A DNA stretch of 63,937 nt, counting the filler, from Folioceros fuciformis (Eukaryota), in assembly GCA_049999805.1 (NCBI GenBank). It is 4 parts of 3 records of this genome, joined end to end, with 100 filler letters (N's around TTAATTAATTAA, not from the genome) between each part and the next. Parts side by side here need not be neighbours in the genome. Positions count along the whole stretch, not along the records: positions 29,285 to 54,526 come from JBNGIO010006328.1; positions 54,627 to 61,935 come from JBNGIO010006346.1; 2 more parts are not named here. One strand, given 5' to 3'. The position numbers and the translations under genes were made by a program. The notes under the pieces were generated by a model. The model made no database searches and was not told the origin of the DNA. It saw only the letters and a program-made list of their open reading frames with translations. This document shows positions 48,394 through 62,035 of the stretch, piece by piece. Each line of letters opens with the position of its first letter. The stretch's first letter is position 1.

Positions 48394-51300
48394 ACAAGAT
48401 CTTGTAGCCCTTTCTCTCTACAGAAAGCCATAAAGGCTTAATAGCTATGACTACCAATCCAGGATGATTGTAGCTTGGTAGTCATAGCTCAACTTGGTAT
48501 TGGAACTATACTAGGGTTCTAAGCAGATGGTTGCTTTGCATTGTTGGGCAGCCATTACCTGTGGGTGGTTTCTTGGTAGAGAGGCACCCAATGACTGTAC
48601 TCTTTTCATTAGGAACAACGTGATCTCCCAATTCAATAACATTGAAGACATCATAAGGCTATAAGCTCATGATGTTTAAAAATAGATAGCTTCATGTTTA
48701 AGTCTTGGTCCTATAGTTCTTTGTATAACGCTTTGGCTATTAGCAACCTTTAGACAAAACTTAAGACGAAACCATATACATGAGGCTGCTTGTTAGTGTG
48801 GTTGCTCTTAATCCTTCCATTGCATGTACATTCTAAGACCCAAAGTAGTAAAACAGGGACAATGAAGCCAAAGAAGATACGCTAATTTATCGCACGCACG
48901 CTTTGGGCCGGCTTCCTCAGCACACGGCTGACATCCCACCGACACATGTGTCACCTGCTGTTGCTCTTGATACCTGGATCCGATACCGGATCTCCACAAA
49001 ACACGCAGTGACAATATGGAATGAATGCACTGCAAAATGCGAGTGTTAAAAGCCAAGCCAAGTCAGCATAACACGGTGCTTTCAAGACAACTCTCTTACC
49101 TTATGGTCATGTCATATTCCTCTCAGCATGAGGCTTACAGATTCCTGTCGGAACGGAGTGCGTTTGATGTTACTCTCAGCATCAGCCTACTCAAGGCTCA
49201 CAGATTCTTGTCCGGAGGCAATGCAGACATGAGTGAATCGGCGTCTACTCTTAACAGCTCTTTTGTCATCATTCGAGGTGCACCCAAGGTTGATCCAAAT
49301 CAGGTGCAAAGAAAAATTTCCAACATGTTCGTCCTTGTTGAGCAGCTCCAAACAGACGAATCTCATTAAATGCTTGTGAATATCAGAAGCTGTGGACGTG
49401 TAACAGTAGATGACCATTCCACTACACAGCTTCATGGATAACTGTTTGGGTCTCGTAGTGCTCTGTAATGCCTTTGCTATTAATGGTATTAGAGTAGATC
49501 AGGGAGCTAATCCTGGTCTACATCAGGCTGGTCGTTGGCAGGGTTGTTCTCAATACTGACCCTCAGAGACATGGCCATTGAGGAGACAGAGAAGAAGTGG
49601 CATCATTAGGCTCGACCCTCTCTTGCTACAAATCTCTTGACAGCGCCGAATTGCTGTTGTGCTGTTAATCTGCTGTCTTAGCCATTCGCATCTCCTTCCA
49701 TGTCTCCACGTTTTGTGTCGAGGCTAATGTGTCACAGCACCAATGGGGCACGTTCTGAGCTTCACTTCACACCGCAACAACGAGGCGCATGGGAACATTG
49801 GGTCATGGCCTCTATAGGATCTTTCAGAGCCGGAATCTGAGAAGGTTAGATTGTCAGCCATGTGGTGCAGCATCCAGCCAAAACCGTTTGTAGAAAACGA
49901 GGAAATCTTCTTTAGCTTTATTGCGGCTATTTTGCTATGTCGGTTTCGAACTAGCTAGATCCACCCCGATAAGGCTGAAAGCATGCTGGAAACTTTGCTG
50001 CTTCAGAACCATGTAGTGAAATGGACGTCACTGCGAAGCGCCTGCAGAGAGCACAGAGTGATACATATCCAGCGTCCAATCCGACCTTTTGACTGTCTGT
50101 CACAGGAATCTCGAACTCGCATCGCAGTTTCTCAAATCATAAAAGCTAAGTTCAAACAAAGAGGATTCTCTCAAATAACGTCGAACGTCCTTCTTAGCAT
50201 TTCCCTTTCATTCCTGAAGCCAAGAAAGGAGAAGGCTCCAGATCATCAGAAGTGTAGAGGTTTGAATTTGACGACCGACTGTCCATCTTTTCCTAAATGT
50301 CTTACAGACCTCTGCGGTTAACATCCATCCAGCATCCCTTTGCCTCTTATCTGGTGCCATCCACGGAGTCGCCCGTCGCCGCACGCCTTCTCCTCTAGAG
50401 ACCAGAGGCAGAAGGATACAGATTCATGAGCCTCCTGTAATGGATCGCGATGGAGGCAAGGGTGGCCCTGATGCTGGAGGCGATGAACAATGTAGTACGA
50501 GTCATCCTGCAATTCACGATGAAAGTGATTGTTCCGGTTATTTAGGTATTGCTCGGTGATTCATCAGTTCTTTCGTCAGGTGATGTTTGAGTTGAGTGAT
50601 CCAGGTGATTCTGTCAGAGCGGTTCAGCTGATTCTACGAGTGCATCAGGTGATAATTCGTCGTATGAATTAGCTGATTGTTCGGGTGGATCAGGTGATTC
50701 TTCGGGCAGTTCAGTTGATTCTTCGGGCAGTTCAGTTGATTATTACGGTGGAGCAGGTGATTCTACCGGTGATCTAGGTGGTTCTTCGGATGCTTTAAAG
50801 TATTATTGGGAAGAATCACGCCGTCGTTCCCGCGAAGATGAAAAGCAGCCCGATCCAGGGCCCCCGAACCCTGATGAAGTTGTACGCGCTCAAGTATTTA
50901 GGCGTAACCATACCAGCGCATTCTTGCCGGTGGTGATTATCAAAGTAAGTAAGTAAATAAATAAGTCGTGTGCAAGCAAGCCATGACACACCCCACTGCA
51001 CGCACGCTGGTGCAGAGCTGCTAAATGATAGCCAGCCTTTGTGTAGTTTGTTTGCTAACTTTTCAATTCCCTCCATACGTCAATGATAGCCAGACTTTCG
51101 GAAGTTTGATTGCTGACTTTTCCATGTCCTCATATATGTCAGGAGGACCCTCTCCCTGAGCCACCAAAATGCTTCCAAACCTGGAATTCTTCCAAGACCA
51201 AGGAGCTTTGAATCGCACAATATGGGTTGCACACAAACATAGATATGTAGGGAGTTTTTGAGAAGTTTAGGATGATGGATAGTTGTAAGGTTGATGTACA

Positions 51301-52175
51301 GCCGGTTCGTTTAACATCTATAAATTAATGCTTATCATCTTATTTGTCTGTAAAAGATCTTGTAGTGCTTTGTTGCATTTTTTTCCAGCTCGTGGGGCTT
51401 CATGAATCACACAAGATCTTGTAGCCCTTCCTCTCTACAGAAAGCCATAAAGGCTTTGTAGCTATGACTACCAATCTAGGATGATTGTAGCCTAGTAGTC
51501 ATAGCTATAAAGCCTAAACATGTGATTTATAGCCATGACTACCAGGCTGTAATCATGCTTGATTGGTAGTCATAGCTAAGCATGGCATTGGAACTATGCT
51601 AGGGTGCTAAGCAGATGGTTGCTTTGCAGTGTTGGGGCAGCCATTACATGTAGGTGGTTTCTTGGTAGAGAGGCACCCAATGACTATACTCTTTCATTAG
51701 GAACAACGTGATCTCCCAATTCAACAACATTGAAGACATCAAAACGCCATAAGCTCATGATGTTTAAAAATAGATAGCTTCATGTTTAAGTATTGATCCT
51801 ATAGTGCTTTGTATAACGCTTTGGCTATTAGCAACCTTAAGACAAAACTTAAGACGAAACCATATACATGAGGCTGCTTGTTAGTGGGGTTGCTCTTAAT
51901 CCTTCCATTGCATGTACATTCTAAGACCCAAAATAGTAAAACAGGGGCAATGAAGCCAAAGAAGATACGCTAATTTTTCGCACGAGCGCTTTGGGCTGGC
52001 TGCCTCAGCACACGGCTGACATCCCACCGACACACTGTGCCACCTGCTGTTGCTCTTGATACGTGGATCCGATACCGGATCTCCACAAAAACACGCTGTG
52101 ACAATATGGAATGAATGCACTGCAAAATGCGAGTGCTAAAAGCTAAGCCGAGTCAGCATAACACAGTGCTTTCAA
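48394..52175. repeat. ~0.7-kb direct duplication (~48394-49086 and ~51412-52175)
   Basis: Shared acaagatcttgtagccc...cagcataacacRgtgctttcaag; paired ORFs both end LAYLLWLHCPCFTxLGLRMYMQWKD. Confidence 0.9.
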
Positions 52176-54626
52176 GCGATTGTAGCAAGAGGGGTTCAGC
52201 CCAACGATGCCACTGTCTTCTGTATCCCAGTGGCATGCAGTCAGAATGGCTGTTTCCATGAGGGTCACTGTGCCCCATGCCCGACTCACGGTAGGGAAGG
52301 AAGTATTTCCAACTGATAAGCCGGAGGAACCAGCCCTGGCGGAATCTGATAGCACAGGCAGGGAGAAGGTAACCTCGCGGAACTGCCTGATGAGGCGTCA
52401 TGACTCCATGCATATGGGCCCGTTGGTCCTCAGGTGCTCAGCTACAGGATAGCTTCCACGCCAGTTCTTTGCCACTTCTACCCCAGGTTTTATGAATCTG
52501 AATCTGAGAAGATGCCTCCAGGGTAACTGAAGTAGTTTTGTTTGCCCCAACTGTCGGTAGCGAGGCTGTTCGCGGTAAGGATTACATTAGTGATGGCACG
52601 CTGAGCTTAGCCTTCAGCAGGATGGTATGCCTGCTTCCCATTTGGGGCATCCTCCATCTCCGCAGGTCAATACTCTGCGCTCAACACTTGACAACCCCTG
52701 ATTGGTCTGCTGACGTTTTCCTGGCCACCCTGAACTAGCTTTGCACCGTGAGCACTACTTTCCCAGTGGGCGCGGGCGCTTTCCTACGGAATCTTGAGGC
52801 CCTTACTCTCTACAGTGCAGTGTAGTGGGAACTCCTCCTACAAGCATGGCCGATGTGGCATCTTAGCACGGACGAGAGCCAATCTCGAAACGCAGTTCCT
52901 GGATGTGGGTCATGCCTCAGGAAGCTATTGTCTTTTGTGCAAGTGTTGGTTTCCCGTATTCGGGTTAGGGCAGGAAGCTCCCTGTTCAGACCTCCAAGCA
53001 CCGCACGTCAGTACCAATCCAGGCGCAGGACCTACGGTATAGTACCGATCGAAACCGAAGGATTCCTGTCAGCCATGGTCTTCTGAATGTCTCCATTTGA
53101 CCTAAGCCATTTGCGAACATCTTAATGAGGACCTGGCATGACCTGGCACGTACGGGGGCGGTGGCCATGACCTTCAGCAACCATGTCTTCAACTGAACCC
53201 GTCCGTTGAAGCAGAGGCAAACGAGGAGGGTGACCCTGGCCTTCAGCAACCATGACTTCATCTGCTCTCAATGTCGGTTCCATTCCAGGGCCTGTGCCAT
53301 AGGTGCCTTGACTCGTTGAGTCGTTGCCGAAGCTGCTGTTTGACGTGCGGAAATTATTTACGAAAGCCGTGTGACTTGTCGCTGAATCTCATCCTCTATT
53401 GTCGTTTCAGCTGTAAATCTTCAAAGCTGTCCAAGTAACAACAAGAGTGATCAGGAATCTTCTTTCGTTAGCGACCGCTTAGGTCGTGCTCGCTCGTGTC
53501 CCTCGCCTTTGTGGCAGGGCATGAGACACAAACACAGTTGGGACTCACCTATTGGTAACCCCCCTGTGACAGTGAAAGGGTTGACGTGACAGCTGACGCC
53601 GATGCATTCAATAAAGTTGAAGGAAAGCACTTTACCAAGAAATGGAAACTACATTAGCAAAGTCCAAACTGAGCAATCCAGAAGTTGAAGCGTGTTCATG
53701 TAAACGTGCTCCACATAAATCATAGAATGGCGGAAAGGTCTGACCCGTACTTGCGACGAAGGAACCGGGCTTGAAGAAGAAGCCAAGCCTCCACTGAGAA
53801 AATTAGAACCCCTTAGAGGACTGCAGTCTTGACCTACACTTTCCAAATGTTCAGGAGCATGCAGTAGCAGCGTACACGTAACGTGCATCACATGTGTGGC
53901 CAAAACTTCCCACACGAGTAACGGCCTTCCTTACATACAGCCTCGTGAATCCGTCCATACCTCGCTGAACTTCCGCACTCACTTTGGCCACCTCCCAGAG
54001 CTTCCCTTCACGGGTGCACCAAAGCCCGAGATCTGACCCGCCATCGGCTTCAAACAATTCACGAGATTGTCAACCTGGATCCACATCCACCCACTCTGCC
54101 TGTGTTCAAATATTTTGGACAGCCGCTGCTCTCTGTCCCCAAAGGAAGTCTTCGTGCCCACAGACTTGTCTGCTTCCGACACGGTCGACCGACGTCCAGC
54201 GCTGAGGCCATGTAGCAACAGCGACCACGCGACGCGCACTCGGATTGCCATGTCACCGACTGAGCAAGGCCAAAACTAGATATCCCGTGATGATGCAGAC
54301 GGCAAACACGATTTCTTTCTTCCCTACCTCAATCAGCTCAACTTCAGGCCTCCTCCAAGGTCCAAGAAACAAACTCAGTGGCATTTCCCATCCCTGCCAA
54401 ATACAAACACAAGTTGTCAATTCCCGTGAAGCAGATCACTTCCATTTTCTTTCCCTTTCCCTTTCCCTGCTCGGGAAGGACGTGTTCTCTTCTCATATAA
54501 TCTGCACACACAACTCTGCGCAAGCANNNNNNNNNNNNNNNNNNNNNNNNNNNNNNNNNNNNNNNNNNNNTTAATTAATTAANNNNNNNNNNNNNNNNNN
54601 NNNNNNNNNNNNNNNNNNNNNNNNNN

Positions 54627-57600
54627 TACTTTCATTGAACCTTTAACTATTACTTCTTTCTGTGTGCTCTCACGCGTGCCTTTGCTCAGCTCTCAGATCG
54701 TTCTCGTTCATTGCTAAATGTCTTTATGGTATCAGAGCCATGGAGCGCATCATGCCTTATGGCAATAATTCAGCCAAATATAAAAGGCAGCCAGCGTTCT
54801 CAATCCTGGATGTCAATAGGATCGACTCCAATCTACGTGCAAGTGTAGGAGAGGAGAGGAGAGAAGAGAGGGTGGTATTGGTGATCACAACCATGAAAAC
54901 AATACACATCACCACTGTCTTACTATGGAGGTCCGAGGTCTCCATTTAAGTAGTACATTTAGGGCTACACAACTTCCAGGTTCAATATGGGATAATCTAC
55001 ACTATCCTAAGTTCACTAATAACTAGAACTAGTCTAGTATGAACCCAACTGGGATAACTAACACCACATGAGTTTAGCTCATATAGAGCTCGATAACTCA
55101 ACACTGGAGGCATTGCAATCCCTATTTCAATCAATCTGGAATTTGGTGTGCTAATCGCCAGATTTTTGAATGGACAGTGTCCAAGCACCATGCCCAGTGT
55201 GGAATCCACCACACATCAGCACTCCCTGGACAGAGGACGAGAAGGAGAATTATAGAACCCTTTTGAGACAACATTGGCAAGCACTCAGCAAATGGAAGCG
55301 TGCTATAAGGCACAATAACAGAGTTTCTTCTTAAATCAACATGACAGGGAGGAAGAAGAATAAACCAGTCTTTTGTACAGGCTGTTTATCATAGACCCCT
55401 GTCTATTGTCCCAAGCATGCCTTAATTTTCTCTTAGCAGATCAATTCCCTAGGCCAGAACACGCCAATTTGCCGTCCATCTCCATTCACCTCACAGCCAG
55501 TGTCTCACATTTCCCCATATGAACTTCGAGACTTGAAATTTCAGATAGCATTAATAGACGACCAATCATATCACGACAAGGTACAACATAGGAAGGACAT
55601 AGCATGCATTAGTGCACAAATCAGTATCTTGAACTTCAAATTGCTACAATTAAGAGCAAAATTCGATCTTTACCTTGACAGTACATCAGATACAGCACCC
55701 AAGAACCTAGATGTATCCCGTTGCGATCCAATTTTTGGTTTAATGATTATCCCAGAACCTGTAGAACAGATTTTAGAATCTATTTCCAGCTTGTTTAGGG
55801 AAGACCCCCAGGCCCTCTAATCCCTGATAGTTGTAGGTAGGTGTAGTCGTACCACATACGTGGTCACCACCACATAGATTACCCCGTTATCCACGTCGTC
55901 ATAACCCTCTAGCTGTCCTGCACACATCAACACACAGCATGTCAGGAGTTGGAGGAGGCGGTGGAGGCGGCTCGGGTGGTGGTGGCGGAGGTGGTTTTGG
56001 TACACCATCCAACACCATCATTAACAACACCACAAAAATCGACTTCAAATACAGAGATCGTTTTAATGGTATGGATTACCCAGTTTGGGAGATGCGATTA
56101 CAGCGTTACTCGAGGAGCACGATCTCATGGAGATGGTACTTGGGAAAGTCGCCAAGCCAACAGATGCCGATAAATTATCCATCTGGAACAAACAGGATAA
56201 AAGGGCAAGGAGCATTATCCTCACAGCTTTGGATAAAAATATGGTTCAACACACTCAGGAACAGAGCACGTCAGCTGCAGTGTGGGCAGTATTCAAAAAT
56301 ATGTTTGCTGCAAAGGACTCTATGTCCTTGATGAACGCAACAAGGCTTTTCTATGCACTTAGGATGAAAGACTCTGATAGTGTGGAACACCATGTTCATA
56401 AGTTTCGTACGTTGAGGGCGAAACTCTCCTCTTGCGGAACCGATATTCCGGAATTGCAGGCTGCAATAATTCTCTTAACATCTCTCCCACCTAGTTACAG
56501 AGCTTTTGTTAGCTCACAAAATTCAATTATAAGACAAGCTATCCAATCAACATCAACAGGGGCACCACCCGCCATTACACTTTCAGAGGTAATCGGTGCA
56601 TTGCTCGAAGAAGAGTCGAGCAGGACTGCAACAGGAAGGGGGCAACAACATTCTACACAAGTTCTCTTTACCTCGAGAGGGCGAGGTAGGGGACGTGGCC
56701 CTTACAGGCCACCAGCAGGTCCAAGGAGACCTTACACATCCCCATCTTATCCCCAACAGCAGAGGAAGACAAAGGGAACTTGCCACTGGTGTCGGATACC
56801 AGGGCATTTTGAAAGTGAATGTCGAAAGAAGAGTGCCAGCGAGCCCCGGTGTGAAGCCCCTCCTGGAGCAGAATCACATGCTGTGACTCGTGGACAGTCA
56901 AGCAACACACAAGGCATAAAACCACCAACTATCCTTGCAATCTGCCTATCTTTAACCAAAGCTGATGCAAACATGTGGTTTCTCGACTCCGGTGCGACGA
57001 ATCACATATGCCAGTCTAGAGACAAGTTTATTACCTACTTGGATGCTCCAACTAATCAGTTCGTCTTGCTGGGAGACGATAGTGGTCTATCAATCGCCGG
57101 ATGTGGAACAGTGGTGGCGTTAAATGCTGGACAGAAGGTCCATCTGAAGGACGTTCTGCATGTACCGAGCATGACGAAAAATCTCTTATCAGTCCATAAG
57201 CTTATTTCAGATCATGCCCTGCAAGTGAATTTTACACCCTCAGGTTGCTATGTTACATCTGCAGAATATCCCTCAATTGTCCTTGGAATGGGTGTCACTT
57301 TCAATGATTTGTATCGTTTTGAGCTGACCTCTAGAGAATCTAGAGCCATGGTTGTAGATTCACGTCCCGATGTAGACAAAGTATTTTTATGGCATAGCCG
57401 GCTCTGTCATCCAAGCATAACATACATCAGACAGCTTGTAAATAAGCCTGAACTGTATAAGGACCCTATATCTTTCAAAGTACCTGATCATCTCTTTTGT
57501 GAGAACTGCCAAGTAGGTAAAATGGCGCAGCTGCCATATGCTGATCCTCAGCCAACCAAGGCTGCCGGACTCTTGGACGTAATTCATATCGACATATGCG

Positions 57601-60600
57601 GACCTATGTCGACAGTCTCCTTTGGTGGAGCAATTTATTTCCTGACATTTTTAGACGAATGGAGTCACTATTGCTGCATTTATTTTCTGCACAATAGACA
57701 TCAAACATATGAGAAGTTCTTAGACTATATCTGGATGGCTGAAAAGCAAACTGGACAAGTAGTTAAGAAGCTTCGCAGCGATAATGCAAAAGAATATTTG
57801 AGTCAGGATTTTCAGGCTTACCTACGTTAGCATGGCATTATCCACCAGCTTACTGTCCCCTTTCATCCAGCCCAAAATTCCTATGCGGAAAGATATAACA
57901 GGATATTACAGGAACGGTCCCGAGCAACACTATCACTTGCTGGCCTCACTCGAGGTTATTGGGCTGAGGCAGTATCAGCCGTTAATTATGTCCAGAATAG
58001 GCTTCCTGTTAAACCTTTTTTTTCCTATACACCTTTTGAAAGATGGAGTGGGCATAAGCCCAGAATCAGTCATCTTCGAACTTTCGGTGCAGCAGCTTAT
58101 GCATATATCCCAAAAGATAAGCGCGGCAAGATGGACAACCGTGCAACCAAACATGTCTTTGTTGGATATTCAGAACAGTCAAAGGGATACAAATTATACA
58201 ATCCCTACACCAGGCAGTTAACTTTGGCTCGCAGTGTCAGTTTTAATGAAAGCTTCATCCTTGCACGTCATCTTCAGTCTGTTTCAAGTCATATGCCCTT
58301 GTCTGAACCATCAGCTTTTGGACACACACCAACAAATTCAGCTGCAGATGATACAGAAAATATTGACACTGTTACTTTCATTCCAGACATCCTTCTAGAT
58401 GCTGTACAGCCTGATGTAGCAGTGCATAATCAAGCAGCTATTCAACCTCCCCTAGTAGCTGCACCAGCCCCTGCAGGTCAACATGTAGCACCTCTAGCAC
58501 CAGCCCCAATTCCTATTCTAGACGATTTAGATCCAGACATTTTAGATGAACCTGAACCTGAATTTATCGAACCAACAGAACCTCTAGACCCGATCGCTGA
58601 TTTAGATTTAGTGCAAGACACCATACCTTTGAGAAGGTCAGCCCGCACACATCGCCCTCCACCTGAATGGCTCAATCCACCCTATCAACCTGGTGATACC
58701 CTCGTCTCTAGGTCCCATGAGAATCAACCCACCAATGCACCACGTTCAAGTCATGCAGTTTTTGCCAGTTCTGTTGCCTCCACAATCATGGAACCACCTG
58801 ACACACCTGCTACATACCGTGAAGCATTGTCAGGCCCCCCCAAAAGGCTGAGTGGCAAAAAGCAATTGATTCTGAATACAACAGTTTGATATCAAATGGA
58901 ACCTGGAAATTAGTGGACCTACCACCCGGAAGGAAAGCAATTACCTCTAAGTGGGTATTTAAATTGAAATTGAACCCGGATGGATCAGTGGCTCGCTATA
59001 AAGCCCGATTAGTCGCAAGGGGCTATACCCAGATTCAAGGGCTGGACTATAACGAAACGTTCAGTCCCGTCGTAAAACCTACCTCAATGAGAATATTACT
59101 CTGCTATGCAGTGGCCAACAAGTTTTTGGTCCATCAAATGGATGTCAAGACGGCCTTTTTGAACGGGCCTTTGGACGAGATTATTTTCATGCACCAACCT
59201 GAAGGGTACATCATTGACAAAGACAAGGTATGTGAGCTGTTAAAGTCTCTCTATGGACTAAAACAATCTGCACGTATTTGGAATGCACGGGCACATGAAA
59301 AGTTGAAGGTTTTGGATTTCGAACCTCTTGACGCTGATAGTAGCGTATATGTTTTGAAGAGGAAGAATCAGATATGCATTATAGCACTTTACGTTGATGA
59401 TAACTTCCTTTTCGCCAGTGATGAGCAGATTTCGCAAGAAATCAAGCAAGCCTTATCCCAAGAATGAGACATGACTAATGTGGGACCCCTTAAATTTGCC
59501 TTAGGGATCCAGTTTCTCTTTGATCCTGCAGCAGATAGTGTTACAATACATCAGTCCCACTTCATCCGTCAATTGTTAACCAAGTTTAACCTAGTTGATC
59601 TTAACCCTGTTTCAACACCTGTATCAGCTGGAGAAAAACTCTCTTTGGAGGATTGCCCAAGGACTGAATCAGAAAAAGAGGACATGTCTACTATTCCCTA
59701 TACAGAAGCCGTAGGCAGTCTCCTTTACCTGGCTGAATGGACCCGTCCAGACATTTCCCAGGCCGTTGGTCTTGTTTCCCGTTTTCTCTCTAACCCTGGT
59801 CGCAAACATTGGCAGGCTGTTAAGAGAATTCTCCGATACCTTAAGGGCACTCAGCATTTTAGCCTTAAGTATTCATCAGCCAACAGCACCACCCTTACCT
59901 CATACTCTGATGCAGATTGGGCAGGGAACATTGACTCTAGAAAATCCATAGCAGCCTATTGTCTCATTCTGTGTGGGTCAGCCATAAGCTGGCAATCTAA
60001 AAAGCTCACTACTGTAAGCCTCTCATCAACCGAAGTTGAATATGGGGCCTTATCCCTAGCTGCACGTGAGATTTTATGGGTTAGACAATTCCTTGAGGGC
60101 ATCCACTGGTCACAGCCAAACCCAACAATCCTTCAGTGCGATAATCAATCAGCCATCGCAGTCACAGCTAATCCTATTCTACACGCTAGGTCTAAACACA
60201 TAGAGATACAGTTTCATTTTATTAGACAAGCCGTAGCTATGGGCGCCATACTGCTGAAATATGTGCACACAGCATCGAATGTAGCTGATGTCCTGACCAA
60301 AGGGCTTCCCAAGACAACACATGATCAGCATCGAGGGTCCCTCGGCCTACAGAACACTTCTCTTGAGGGGGCGACCAGTAAAACTTCTTCAAAGACTTCA
60401 GTTCCTTGAAGCATCAGTCTCCAGCAGCATTAGGGCACCCTCTTATCGCGCAGCTCCTGTGTGTAACGCACATGATCACCTCGGGCGCTCCAACTGCAAG
60501 CAACATGCAACAGGATCACAATCAGCCCTGGATGAATCATCATGCGAATCTAATCAGGGAAACTAGCACGGGCTGAGGCGGGAGCAGAATCCATACAGCT

Positions 60601-61103
60601 AGCATTAGTGCTACAACGAACTCTAGCAGGTGAGCTGCCATCAGGGTGTATGCATCTGTGATCGTCGAGTGCCTGAGACAATGGGATTCTGAAATTTGGA
60701 GATGGCGCGCTACCTTTCAACCTAGCCTCTAGCCTGTTTCTTGTGTACACCCGTTTTTATACGAGTAGGTCTGAGGGGGCGTATTGGAAACCCGTTTTAG
60801 GTCATACCTACTCGGGGTTTATCAATATTTAATTAATTGCTTCTAGGGCTAGGTAGCCAAAAACCTATTAGCACTTCATTAGGTTAAGCAAGTTTATAAT
60901 AATTTAATAATGTTTTCAGTTAGGTCATAGGCGGTTACTTCTCTACACACTTGGTTCATGTACTTTCATTGAACCTTTAACTATTACTTCTTTCTGTGTG
61001 CTCTACTTTCATTGAACCTTTAACTATTACTTCTTTCTGTGTGCTCTCACGCGTGCCTTTGCTCAGCTCTCAGATCGTTCTCGTTCATTGCTAAATGTCT
61101 TTA
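54627..61103 (+). mobile_element. Ty1/copia element 3 (same lineage as element 2), nearly intact gag-pol; 3' LTR 60782-61103, 5' LTR cut by gap
   Basis: PBS at 54727; gag with CHWCRIPGHFESEC; FLDSGAT; LRSDNAKEY; RT LYVDD; RNase H SDADWAG...RSKHIE...ADVLTKGL; PPT before 60782; stops at 57828 and 59465, frameshifts near 56090 and 58840. Confidence 0.93.
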
Positions 61104-61935
61104 TGGTATCAGAGCCATGGAGCGCATCATGCCTTATGGCAATAATTCAGCCAAATATAAAAGGCAGCCAGCGTTCTCAATCCTGGATGTCAATAGGATC
61201 GACTCCAATCTACGTGCAAGTGTAGGAGAGGAGAGGAGAGAAGAGAGGGTGGTATTGGTGATCACAACCATGAAAACAATACACATCACCACTGTCTTAC
61301 TATGGAGGTCCGAGGTCTCCATTTAAGTAGTACATTTAGGGCTACACAACTTCCAGGTTCAATATGGGATAATCTACACTATCCTAAGTTCACTAATAAC
61401 TAGAACTAGTCTAGTATGAACCCAACTGGGATAACTAACACCACATGAGTTTAGCTCATATAGAGCTCGATAACTCAACACTGGAGGCATTGCAATCCCT
61501 ATTTCAATCAATCTGGAATTTGGTGTGCTAATCGCCAGATTTTTGAATGGACAGTGTCCAAGCACCATGCCCAGTGTGGAATCCACCACACATCAGCACT
61601 CCCTGGACAGAGGACGAGAAGGAGAATTATAGAACCCTTTTGAGACAACATTGGCAAGCACTCAGCAAATGGAAGCGTGCTATAAGGCACAATAACAGAG
61701 TTTCTTCTTAAATCAACATGACAGGGAGGAAGAAGAATAAACCAGTCTTTTGTACAGGCTGTTTATCATAGACCCCTGTCTATTGTCCCAAGCATGCCTT
61801 AATTTTCTCTTAGCAGATCAATTCCCTAGGCCAGAACACGCCAATTTGCCGTCCATCTCCATTCACCTCACAGCCAGTGTCTCACATTTCCCCATATGAA
61901 CTTCGAGACTTGAAATTTCAGATAGCATTAATAGA
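61104..61935 (+). mobile_element. Second PBS and leader of element 3 directly after its 3' LTR
   Basis: 61004-61935 repeats 54627-55558 (offset 6377); the ORF translations are identical. Confidence 0.85.
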
Positions 61936-62035
61936 NNNNNNNNNNNNNNNNNNNNNNNNNNNNNNNNNNNNNNNNNNNNTTAATTAATTAANNNNNNNNN
62001 NNNNNNNNNNNNNNNNNNNNNNNNNNNNNNNNNNN

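Noticed and set aside
48394-52175. 0.7-kb direct repeats as LTRs of a non-autonomous retroelement
   Set aside because: No TSD, PBS or PPT, and homology does not stop at TG/CA ends.
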